The notes: generated from the letters alone by a model not told the origin. A stretch of 57,001 nt of DNA, filler included, from Sluysia triapertura (GCA_046118255.1; 4 parts of 4 records of this genome joined end to end with filler, not necessarily neighbours in it); one strand, 5' to 3'. Positions 39,732 through 51,070 are shown, counted from the first letter of the whole stretch. A program made the numbers and translations.

Positions 39732-41599
39732 ATTTCATTTTATAATTCTGTAATTATTATTAACAGGAAATAATTAATTTGTCATTTTATCATCTCTGAC
39801 TATTATAATTATTTAATCTGTATTGGAAATAATTTAAATTAATACTATGGCTATTATAATAATTAATCAAAAATAAGTATAAATATCAACGGTTTTGAAA
39901 TATATTTTGCAATTCGTAACTACACTGGTAATTTTGAAATTTGAATATTCTCAACTCGTAACAACTACACTGCAACGACATTGATAATTTTGAAGTTTGA
40001 ATATTACAAATTTGTAACAACGACGCTGATAATTAATAACAATCCTGGAAATATTGAAATTCATTTACATATAAAAGGTAAGAATTATTTCCAGTTTTAA
40101 GTGAAGTAAAATAAAAAATTTTTTTTACAAATTTTGACTAAATAAAAATAAATTTTTATAATATTAATTATATTAATGCTATTTTTTTGTTGATTAATTA
40201 ATTAAATTTTTGTTAGTTCTTTTAATAAAGGAAAAGAAAGGGTTGCAATTAGAGTCAGGTGAAATCAAGTAACTTTATAAAAGAGGTTAGTAGTTTAAAA
40301 TTAGATATATATTGCGAAGTTAAGTTGAAGTAAAAGGTTATTATAAAGTATATTAAGGAATTAAGACTTTACAAAGCGAATTAGACAAGTTTAGTAAATT
40401 AAAGTCTCTTCAATAATATTAAACAATACAAAGAAAAAATTCGAATAAATAAACCTTAAAAAATTAGAAATTTTGCTAAGTACTTCTATTTCGAATAATT
40501 GAGACGAGTATTCGAGTTCACACTTCCAGATAAGACAAAATATAGATAGAGGAAATTTACGATTATAACTTCAGATAAATTCAAGTAGTAATATAAAGTA
40601 AAGAATATTATTAAAGAAGTTTAGATTACCATCAGAGACTAAAAGTTTATTCATGCACACACAAATTTTATAAGTAATTTTTAAGTACAATCAAGCATAT
40701 ACAAATAGTATAAAATAAAATATAAAGTAATAATACCATAAAATTATTATTATTACTATTAATAATATTATTACTATCACTATTGTTATTACTATTTCAT
40801 TATCACTATTATTATTATATTAAGTATTTAAATTAAATTTATTAATATTATTAAAATATAAAACTTGAAATAATTATTGATAATATTTTAACTAACTTAT
40901 TCCATTAAAATAAAATTGTTTTGACAGAATAAATATCTTTTTACACTGAATTAAAATGATTAAAACTAATAACATAAATAATTAATATTGATTATTATCA
41001 TAATCATAGAATATTTTACAAAATTATTGGCATATTTGCAGTGGTTTTAGTACTATCACTTGTGTGGAATTAGAAAAGAGATAAAAATTACTCATTAAAA
41101 ATTGACTTTAAAATTACATAGTTCTTTATAATCTTTACAAACATATTTATAATCCAAACAGTCTCGTAGTAGTTATTAGTCGATGCATTGATAACTGAAT
41201 TTCTTAGGCTTAAATTCTTCAAAGTTGATTGACGATAAATTGAGTGATGGTGGTTAGAAAATCAGAAACATTTGTAAAAGCATCAAATTGTTTATCTTGC
41301 CAACATAGTCGAACTTAATGGTACACAGAACATCACAATCACAACAATTGGCCAACGCTTTTCATCTTTTCATTGTTCGTTTAAATTAAAGTTTTTTTCT
41401 AATAATATCATATTACATACCGAAAATTAATATAAAATTATNNNNNNNNNNNNNNNNNNNNNNNNNNNNNNNNNNNNNNNNNNNNTTAATTAATTAANNN
41501 NNNNNNNNNNNNNNNNNNNNNNNNNNNNNNNNNNNNNNNNNTATTTTATTTAATTGATATTTACACTTTTTAACAATACAATTAATATTTTCTTCCATG

Positions 41600-41855
41600 T
41601 TCATTTTTGAATCCATATGACAGCCCGTATTTCGTATTTTTCCATTTTAATTGATCTTCTGTTTGACAATTGACAAATTTTATGATATTTTTCCATTTCA
41701 AAAATATACTTCTTCAATTGAATTAAGTTGTGAAGAATACGGTGGAATAAATTTTATTTCATGATTATTCTTGACACACATATATCAGATGCAAGATGTC
41801 ATTTATGTGCATTATCCATAATGATTATCGTATTGGATAATTTATTTTCATCCAC

Positions 41856-41902
<47 letters not shown>

Positions 41903-42010
41903 TAATTTACAATGTTTGTAATTGCTGTACCGCTTTCATATCTTCTTATAATTTCTAGTCTAATTTCATTTGCTATTCTTATATTCAGCATATTTTATTG
42001 GTTAAGAATG
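41600..42010 (-). mobile_element. Internally deleted Tc1/IS630-family DDE transposase remnant
   Basis: SNTIIIMDNAHK* and EIKFIPPYSSQLNSIEEV (second Asp and Glu motifs). N-terminal HTH-like RIANEIRLEIIRRYESGTAITNIV lies on the other side of the microsatellite. Confidence 0.8.
41856..41905 (+). repeat. (AAT)n microsatellite within the Tc1-like remnant
   Basis: Direct reading; it produces the spurious poly-Ile ORF 41761-41958. Confidence 0.95.
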
Positions 42011-43866
42011 ATTCCATAAATTTATTAATTGTTTTAATGTAATGCTTAAATTATTTGACAAGAGGATTAAATTACATGAAAAACCATTCATTTGTTATTA
42101 GATTTAAGTACTTTTAATACTTTTATTTTTAAATTATCAAATTAAAACTCAGTAACAAAATAAATTCAGAATCTCGACACAGTCTTTATAATGATAATAC
42201 AAATTATTCTTTAATAACAAAACGTGTTTGATTATAAATATTTTAATATTCACAAATGTAATAAATATTAAACAGATCACTGATCCTTGTTCCTATATTT
42301 ATAAATACTTATTTTAATCAATTAATAAAGAATAAGCATTAATGTCACCGTTAACCACAGATGAATTAAGGCAGCGTCCCTAAAGCGAGAAAGTTTTGTC
42401 TTCTTTTATTGATCTAAAGCTCCAACTGTTTCCTTTTTTGTGCCTTTTTGTTTTGATTTAAGTATTTTGTTCTTATAATTCATCATAATAATTTGTTATT
42501 ATGAGTCATGACCCTTTTGTTTCCCCTTATCCTTCAATAATCCCAACATAACTTAAATTAAATAAATCAGGTCGAGCTTTCATAAATTGTTATTTTGACA
42601 TTTTTTGTGAAATTGTATTAGCCTAAGTTTTATGCAATTTTATTTTAAATAATAATGAATTTAAAACAACAATGAAAATTTCACTTATAAAGTGTTAGGT
42701 TGTCATTACTACCATCTAAAATCATTTAAAATAACTTTAAAAATATTTATTTTTCAAAAAAGAAAAATAAAATTTCGAAAAAAGAAATTAGCTTCTAAAA
42801 ATAGAACATTCAATCGATTTCTATTGGCTGAAAATCGACATTTGTTAATTGCCATTTTAAGACTTTGTTCACGACATTGCCATTTTTGGATTTTCAGTTT
42901 TGCTTTGACAGTTCTTTTGGAAAAATTATAAATTTAAAATTTGGATAATTTATTGGCATCATAACGTGAGTTGTGTTTTTTAAGGCTCTACTAATTTTAC
43001 TTAAGAAATTTAGAATTATAAAATCCACGTAGAATTTCTTTTTAAAAGAAAAGTTGAGTTTCCCCGCTATATCGGGGGTCAAAATAAAGGTAACATAATC
43101 ATACAGTTTTAATTACAATATTGAATTTTCATCTCTTTTGAATATTTTATCTGCAATAATTTCATAGGATTTAAATCTGACATAACTTTCGGATTTATTA
43201 TTGTTAAATATGTAACTTTTAGGATCTTTTAGAAGTTAACTTATCATGTTACAGGAGCGTCCACTCTACGTTGTAAGTCGTTTGTTGTAACCGGGCCCTG
43301 CTCAAAAATGTTTTGCCGCAGGTTTAGTGTTAAAAAACCACAGCAAAAGAATAAAAAAAGTTCATTGTTATAATTATTACACTTCATTATTATTATTATT
43401 ATAACAATAATAATTATTATTATTATTTATTATTATTATTATAGAATCTTCTATGACTTAAACTTGATTGATATCATTAAACCAGAATAAAATGACGTTG
43501 AAGTATATTATTTATAATAATTTAAAGCTACTGTGCTGCGACCCACCTTACGAGTCCACATTTCTTCACGACCCTTAGGGACTAAAATAAAAATAATGAA
43601 TTAAATTCAAAATATATTTAATAATAACACATTAGAATATACTACTTTTGTTGAGACTGTATCAATAATATCAATAAAATAATAATTGTATTAAAAATTA
43701 TTTAAAATTAGACTTATCATATTTAAAGAATATTTTATTATTAATACTTTATTATATTGAAGAACACTGATTCACAGTTTACAGTTCATAAAAGTACATT
43801 GCCCAGTTTTATTTGGTCTTTTAAAATGATAATTAATGAGATAATAAATAAAAATGAAAATAATAT

Positions 43867-46800
43867 TTATTTATTCGATGTAAAACTGAATTCTTTTTTC
43901 ATTAATTTCCCGGTTTCTGAAAACCAACCAATAATCTCTCGAGATTCAACTCTATCTTTGTCATAATCACTATAATCTTCACTATCTTCACTATCGCCAT
44001 CTTTATATACATTTTCATTGCTATTATTAGTTATGTTCACATAATGCATTAATTTCAAATTTTCACTATTTACATTATTTTTATTTTCATCTTCGTCCAA
44101 TTCATCATCAAACTCTTCATTATATTCGTCTAATTCATACATAACAATACAAACCAAACATCGTCTGTTGAGCTCAATAAAACAAGATCCACAATAACTG
44201 CTATTATCATCCGGACAGATATAAAATCCTTTGGTTTCTTTTTCATTACATATCAAACAATAATACTTTGCAAAAAATTTAGCCCAACCTTTAGTTAATC
44301 CAGGATAATCTTTTCGTAATGTCAAAAAGAAACTGTAATTTAATTCCAAACGATTTAGACGAATTTTTTGAATTATTACATTTTTCCTGGTATCCATATA
44401 ACGTTTTCGATTAAGTAATAATTTATTATACAAAAATACAGTACGTTGTTTTTCACGACTCGGATAAAAATAGCCACAAATCAAATGTCGAGATCGTATA
44501 AAATAACCACTTAATATCACCGATATTAATAGTACAACAATAATAATAACAAACATTGTTCGATAAAATGTACTTGTTCGAATTATATTTGGTGCACACA
44601 AAGCTAAACTATAAGTGACATTAAATCCAACCATTTTTCGAATTTCTGTTAGTACTAAATCTAATAAATATTTAACAACACCTTCACCCGATGTTGTAAT
44701 GTTCCAATGTTTACTACCTTTAATGTGCAACTGAATTTCACTGGCTATTTTGAGAACAATTAAAATTTCGTAAAACAAATCCGATACAATGAAAACAAAC
44801 CCCAATGATAATAATACAATGACTATACGGATAAAATCTTTCACTACTTTACTTAATTCGTCTTTTGTGTAAAACTTTTGCTTATAAATCAGGTGCTTCA
44901 ATTCAAAACTTTTAAAAGGCAACAAATAACTGCGTTGGTCATTTTGTCGTTGTTTATCGATAACTTCAAAATACTTCGTAATATATTTATTGTCGAAGTC
45001 TATGTCAGATAAATATTTCTTACTGTATTTATAAGATCCTAAAATTACTACCATCAATAAAAGACGTAACAATGAAAATAGTATTATCATTAGATCAACA
45101 AACACAACAATGGTATCTGTGATGAACAAGGTAGTTGTAGCAGCACCATGCATAACGTTTTCTGTTGTCAATTCAAAGTTGGGTCGATAAAAGTGCCATT
45201 GGATACCGAAATCAGTCAGATGCATCAATGATGATAAACCATCATCCACACCTCGATGTGCAGCACCGAAACCATCTTTAGCATTGGCGGCTTCGCGTTC
45301 ATTTGCACATTTTTGAGCACGTTCTGTGGCCTTGTTGACACTACAAGCTGATTCCGAGTCTAATTCATCATAACATAATCTACGTAAATCTAAACCAAAA
45401 TAAAACGCAACTAACGAAACAGCATAGAGCGATTCACAAGCTGCTGTTATCAACGATTGACAAATTTTAGTTTTAGTCATCTCAATACTTGAACAACCAC
45501 TGAACATTTTCGTACGCATTTTACTACCAATATCGGCACTTTTATTATCGAATACATTCTTAAATCGTCTAATATCAATCATAGTTTGTTTCAATTGAGC
45601 TTGAAGTTTTTGATATTGACTGTTCAATTTCTTAGATTTATGTTTCAATTTTATCTGTTCATGACGATCTAAATTTGATAATAACTTAATAAAACGATTT
45701 TTCAATGATTGTTCACGTGTTGTTGCATTTTCTATTTTGATTTCACGACGAATTTCTTTGCTACGATTGTCAGCTTCGTTGATATCGTTATTGAATGGTT
45801 GAGTAGCATTATATAAGTCTAATGTTGATGTGCGTAAACTTTCTGATGTTTCTATTGATTCCAATAATAAAGACTTCATTGGATTTAAGCTTAATTTGTG
45901 TACATCGCGACTAATATTCTGTGCCACTGTCATTGAACAATATAGCGACTTCATCACTTCATGAATATTATTAGCTAATGCAGCCATAGGCCCAACGGCA
46001 GTAATTTGAGCTAATTCGGTCATAAAGTAAGTACGTCCACTTTTCATTCCTAAACTAGGTAACAACAAAACAGCAATAGTACGAAATTGTTTAGAAACAA
46101 TAAATGAATAAGAAAACGTAATTAAAATGGTCATATAAATTAGTGTTGTCAAAGTATCACTGGAATTTTGATTAGGATTTTCAATTTTTGTTGCAAAAGC
46201 TAACAAAAACAATTTTCCTATATAATAACCACAAAATGCTTTAGCAAAAAATCGACAAAATACTACAATAAAACTAGGATCATTACCATATAAAATTGCT
46301 TCAAAAACTGGAAAATATATTCGTAGAAAGTGTTGAAATGACGTTAATATTGTATCATCTTTAATCGATCTCATGTAAGGTGTACCGTTAATAACACAAC
46401 CAATTTTAAGTCTATCTTCAATAACATTAAAATGTTTCAATTGATTTGGCAATTCCGATTTAGTAGAAGGCATTAACAATGGTACTCCACGAGATTCCAG
46501 TTCCAAAGCTCTAGTTGACATACTAACACTTAGATCAACTTGACCAGTATCATCTCCGAATATTCCACTTGATATACTTTGAAGTGACGTTTTAGTGGCC
46601 TTCAAAATGATTATTAAAAATAATTGAAATATACAACATATAAAAATCAAGATTAATTCTTTATAAACATTATTTTGAATCAATAAAGCTAATTTTGTTC
46701 TACAACCATCATAATAGTAATGCCTTAAGGGATCTTTATCTTTTAGCGTACAAATAATAGCTTTAGTACGATCACAGCAACTAAATGGAGCCAAATTAAC

Positions 46801-47379
46801 TAATCCCATACGACGGTTATTAGTCTGTGTTAATATATCAATTTCAAACGGTAACCATTTTATGTCAAACCAATCCGAAGGTCCATTGGCACCACAACAT
46901 TTAACTTGTATTTGTATATTATCGATTGTGTCTTTAATTTTTATCGAAGTTGACGTATTACTGTTATATAGCAACATTTTATCGTACATTTTATATTGTA
47001 TACTACTTTTCAAATAACCTATTGGGTCTAATATAAACAATGAACACCAACAATTAATAAATAATAACACTATATTTAGATAATTAAGGGGTGTTAAAAA
47101 TTTCCAAAATTTACGACTTGAATTTATTAAAACTAAAACCGAAAATGTAGCACCATTAATACTGAATGTAATAAATGTTGTAAAAACAACAATAATAACG
47201 TTTTGTAATATAAGATTATAAATATCCAAATTAAGAAATTTGGCGAATTGGAAATGTGTCGATAATAGTGGTATGTGGAAAAATAATAAATAGCAGCAAT
47301 ACATTCCTAAACCAATTGATAAAATAAGTCCACTAAAGATTATAAATTGTTGAATAATTTTGTTCACTTTAAATTTCAT
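43867..47379 (-). CDS. Intronless 1170-aa chimeric membrane protein: N-terminal peripherin/RDS-like tetraspanin fused to a DC-STAMP-domain protein (DCST1/DCST2, sneaky/SPE-42 family) with C-terminal RING-like finger and acidic tail
   Basis: aa 1 to about 265: three N-terminal hydrophobic segments, an EC2 loop IKDTIDNIQIQVKCCGANGPSDWFDIKW...APFSCC...C...GC, then TM4. From about aa 287: DCST motifs LLLPSLGMKSGR...GPMAALANN...SLYC, YLSDIDFDNKYITKYF..ID..R...LLP and RSRHLICGYFYPSREKQRTVFLY. Then CLIC-x10-CPDD...YCGSC...CLVC (about 44148-44259) and a D/E-rich tail. Confidence 0.9.
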   Translation of the reverse strand: MKFKVNKIIQQFIIFSGLILSIGLGMYCCYLLFFHIPLLSTHFQFAKFLNLDIYNLILQNVIIVVFTTFITFSINGATFSVLVLINSSRKFWKFLTPLNYLNIVLLFINCWCSLFILDPIGYLKSSIQYKMYDKMLLYNSNTSTSIKIKDTIDNIQIQVKCCGANGPSDWFDIKWLPFEIDILTQTNNRRMGLVNLAPFSCCDRTKAIICTLKDKDPLRHYYYDGCRTKLALLIQNNVYKELILIFICCIFQLFLIIILKATKTSLQSISSGIFGDDTGQVDLSVSMSTRALELESRGVPLLMPSTKSELPNQLKHFNVIEDRLKIGCVINGTPYMRSIKDDTILTSFQHFLRIYFPVFEAILYGNDPSFIVVFCRFFAKAFCGYYIGKLFLLAFATKIENPNQNSSDTLTTLIYMTILITFSYSFIVSKQFRTIAVLLLPSLGMKSGRTYFMTELAQITAVGPMAALANNIHEVMKSLYCSMTVAQNISRDVHKLSLNPMKSLLLESIETSESLRTSTLDLYNATQPFNNDINEADNRSKEIRREIKIENATTREQSLKNRFIKLLSNLDRHEQIKLKHKSKKLNSQYQKLQAQLKQTMIDIRRFKNVFDNKSADIGSKMRTKMFSGCSSIEMTKTKICQSLITAACESLYAVSLVAFYFGLDLRRLCYDELDSESACSVNKATERAQKCANEREAANAKDGFGAAHRGVDDGLSSLMHLTDFGIQWHFYRPNFELTTENVMHGAATTTLFITDTIVVFVDLMIILFSLLRLLLMVVILGSYKYSKKYLSDIDFDNKYITKYFEVIDKQRQNDQRSYLLPFKSFELKHLIYKQKFYTKDELSKVVKDFIRIVIVLLSLGFVFIVSDLFYEILIVLKIASEIQLHIKGSKHWNITTSGEGVVKYLLDLVLTEIRKMVGFNVTYSLALCAPNIIRTSTFYRTMFVIIIVVLLISVILSGYFIRSRHLICGYFYPSREKQRTVFLYNKLLLNRKRYMDTRKNVIIQKIRLNRLELNYSFFLTLRKDYPGLTKGWAKFFAKYYCLICNEKETKGFYICPDDNSSYCGSCFIELNRRCLVCIVMYELDEYNEEFDDELDEDENKNNVNSENLKLMHYVNITNNSNENVYKDGDSEDSEDYSDYDKDRVESREIIGWFSETGKLMKKEFSFTSNK

Positions 47380-47801
47380 ATTTAAATTGATTTTAATAAT
47401 TGTATATATATTTTAATTTAGCTGTAATGTAATAAGTGTATTGATAGGTAGACTATCAATTACTATAGACCCAGTAATCGAAATAAATCAATGATTAATG
47501 CGGAAACAATAAAGTACCTTTGAATTCGTAAATTTAAGACCTTCGAAAATTTAATAAGATAATGAAAAAATTTAAAAATTATTAAAAAATTTATTTGAAA
47601 TGAAATAATAGCTACTGCTAACAAAGACATTAATATTGATTCATTAATATTTAGTGCGTGTTTATATAAGCACAATAAGATTGTATGAATCTTAATATAA
47701 TTCATAAAGCTCATAAAAATCTTAAATACATCTTTATTTCATATTAATTTCATTGGTTGCCAATAAAAGTAAGATAAGAGCGCAATATAAATTAATATAA
47801 T

Positions 47802-48053
47802 CAGTGGCGGACTAAGGGTAAAGGGGTTCATTGTATTTCAGTCATGACTTTTTAAACACGTGCATAGTAAAGACTCGGGCGCGGATGCATAAGCATGGAA
47901 ACGCTCGTCCACACTTGTCGATTTCATCAATCAACGATTCGGAATAATTTGGATACGTTTCAGCAATATCATGTTTTTCTGTTAAATAAAAATAAAAATT
48001 TAAAACCTAATTTTCGGGCCCTAGGTACGTGCCTAGGCCTTAGTCGGCCCCTA
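47802..48053. mobile_element. 252-bp hAT-type MITE upstream of the tetraspanin-DCST gene
   Basis: TIRs CAGTGGCGGACTAAGG / CCTTAGTCGGCCCCTA (13/16 match). 8-bp TSD AATATAAT (47794-47801) / AGTATAAT (48054-48061). Confidence 0.8.
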
Positions 48054-48898
48054 AGTATAATAATCAAGTTTGGATATCAGTAAAGAAGATTGTAACTCAT
48101 TTGTTAGACTTATTTAATCAGAGTGTTTTTAAATAAATATATTTTATTGTAATTTTATTAAATAGTGTGAATGTTCGCTTAGTTTTGGAGGTTTTTTTAT
48201 TTTATTAAATAATACACATAAACATTGTAATTACAATATTCTGATTAATTTCTAAAACGATTAAGTTATGTATGACAAAATGCTTAAATTATTCGACATA
48301 TGAATTAAATTATTTGTAACAGAAATAATATTAGCAATATGATTATCGTTGAGGAATAAATAAATAAATAATTCGGAGAATGACGATAAACAAAAATTTA
48401 AATAATTTTAATTTTCAAAAATGAAAAGCACAAACACAAAAATCGAAACTGTAGAAATCGAAATAGTTTATAATTTAGTACTTTGTGATGCTTTAGTCTT
48501 AGAAAACGGTTAAAATATTCTGTCCTCCTTTGCGAAAGCAGTCTGTTATTTTCGATTTCAAGTTGTAGCAATATAGTCGATTGCACTTATAATAATTAAA
48601 ATCGACATTTAATAAGTTGATTAATTTATTTCGTGGGTTTTTAAATTTTATCATTGTTTTCTTACAAATTAACTTGTTATTATAATAAAAAAAGGACAAA
48701 AATATTCGAAATTTATTTTTAAACTTTATAACACAATAAAGTGCACAAAAATTACATGAAGTTTGATTTAACATAAATATGTTTGTCAGATATACTGTCC
48801 TCGATAATGTTCCGTTTGTGCCATAAGTTTCGCTACCTAAAAGAAAATAAAAAAATATAATGTCGTTAACATCAATAATAAAATTATTTACTTTGAGT

Positions 48899-49617
48899 TC
48901 ATTGGTCCTTATCGATGTCAGGATCTGATACTCCAAGAGTTCTCAAAACGTTTCCGATTCGAAATAAATGGTGGAAGTATTGTGCGAAGTCAGCATTAGG
49001 AATCACTAGTTCATCGACTGTATGGGCGTCTTTACAACTGCTACCATATCTCATACGATTTCCTTTTTGGTCGGTATTAAAAAAGCATATTCCCTTTTAA
49101 TGCCATTACTAGAACTTGTACATAGCCTGCGAGTTTGAAATAAATTACATTGTAACTGATCTGATGATATTATGTCATTGTCGTTACTATCATTAAGTTC
49201 ATCTTCATTCTTTCCCATCATTTCCAAAACCGTAAAAAATTACATTACCAAGGTGCGAAAAAGATGACAATCATAGAAAGTGATGTGAAGTTCATTACGT
49301 AATTCGAATAGATCGCAAACGACCAATACTAAACCATTTAAATTAATTTCACGAATTTTCTCTTGATGATTAGAAATATTGTCAGAACATATTACTTTGA
49401 ATTGCCCCACATTGCAAATAACGTCGTTCAAGGTAATTTCGCTCAGAATAAATGATGAAAACAAATCATTAATATCTTGAATATATCGTTTAAAACTTTT
49501 AGAAGTAATTTTACATTCATGAATTGAAGTGTTATTTTTTGGAGTCTGACTTTTTATTATCGAATATCGATTTAATTTATTTGATAAACAAAGAGTATAC
49601 ATATTTAGTTGAAACAC
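48899..49617 (-). pseudogene. Disrupted ORF with degenerate CCCH-type zinc finger
   Basis: ORF 49240-49617 continues past one in-frame TAA into an acidic linker, then after a frameshift reads CFFNTDQKGNRMRYGSSCKDAHTVDEL (49022-49087). The second Cys position is CGT (Arg). Confidence 0.5.
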
Positions 49618-50020
49618 TTTTATAGATTGTTATGTTATTATAAGTCAAAGGAATGACGACATATAAACGAGCAACGGTGGGTTTATCATAGGGTTACTTG
49701 TACTCACTTTATCGGTTCTATAATTTCTAGTTAATAATTTTTCATATTTTTCTCCAAAATATTCGCATTTAGGAACTAAAATGGAACCAAGAATTCATGT
49801 AAAATACAAAAATCAAGCCTCCAAGGACAATTAATAGTGATACAATAAAAAATGATAAATTAAATAATTTTTAATTTTTTTGCGTTACAATATTAATTTT
49901 TTTAGTTCAATTAGATCAAACTTTTCAATTTCTATTTTTAGCAGACAAATTCCCGATAATTATTATTGAATAATAATTTAATGATATTTTTCTGCATTGA
50001 ACTCTTTGCTTTGTCTGGAT

Positions 50021-50174
50021 TGGCTGTCCAACCAGAGATATAAAATACTAAGCAGAATCACTCTGGTTGGACAACCAGTAATAAAGTTAATAACAAAATG
50101 AATGAGAGATGAGCCACCATCAATGTTGAATTGAAGTTATACACAGTGATCAGTAATATCAACATTGATGGTGG
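50021..50174. repeat. Two adjacent inverted-repeat hairpins
   Basis: TGGCTGTCCAACCAGAG (50021-50037) / CTCTGGTTGGACAACCA (50061-50077), 16/17 match. CCACCATCAATGTTGA (50114-50129) / TCAACATTGATGGTGG (50159-50174), 16/16 match. Confidence 0.85.
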
Positions 50175-50239
50175 TAATTACTTATTTGTGTAAAAATTAA
50201 TATTTTAAAAATTAAAATGATAAATATAAAACATAAAAA

Positions 50240-50266
50240 TGATAACAATAATAATAATAACAGCAA

Positions 50267-50315
<49 letters not shown>

Positions 50316-50325
50316 GTTATTGCTG
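50240..50325. repeat. Facing (AAT)n / (TTA)n microsatellites
   Basis: Direct reading. Confidence 0.9.
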
Positions 50326-50449
50326 CATAAATTCTTTATTCTCAAATTAACACAATCTTCCTTTTGATTCCTTCAAATATTCTCAACATATTTAAATCTA
50401 GTAAAAATAATTTAAATATCTTAAATATCTTTGATGATGCATGAAGGTT

Positions 50450-51070
50450 AAATGTTATAATGTAGAAACTTAAGATTTAAGTATTTTAAAATAATATAAA
50501 TATTTTAAGTGGATTTAAAATATACATTGATGTTATGAATGGAATAATGTTTCTAGTTGAAGATGTTAATAGATTGTGAGTTGCTAATATGTTATAGGGT
50601 GTAGTATAGTTTATAAAAAGTAGATAAGTTATAGTCTAGCTTTTGTTGTGTTCAAAAGATGATTGTACAGTGTTGAGAATGTGATTTAATTTCATGATGT
50701 TTTTAAATAACCTTGTCTTGTGTGCTGTTAGGAATATGGATTTAAATTGGCTTTAGCAGATGAATTGTTTTAGTGGATGTAGAGGAGATAAATATGAGAA
50801 TGTTAAAATGCTAGAGAGTATGGTTTTATGTACATTGTGCTAATTTAGGTTAATATTGTTTTATGTTGATTTTAGAATGTAATCGTAGATTTCAATTGTT
50901 TTGAAAAATGGAAGTTGGATGTGAAAAGAAATGAGATATAAAAATGGTTGTAAAGAATTTAACAAAGTTGTTGTGTGGTGTTGAAACGGATATGATTTTA
51001 ATTATTTTTGTATTAGTTGTGAGTTGTAGACTTTGGAGGTGAATGTTATATTGAAGGAGACTTATGTAAC
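50450..51070 (-). mobile_element. Possible very old LINE ORF2 3' remnant
   Basis: Strong G+T skew on the + strand; the minus strand has HKTILSSILTFS, like a post-RT YKT.IRS.L.Y motif. Weak evidence. Confidence 0.25.
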
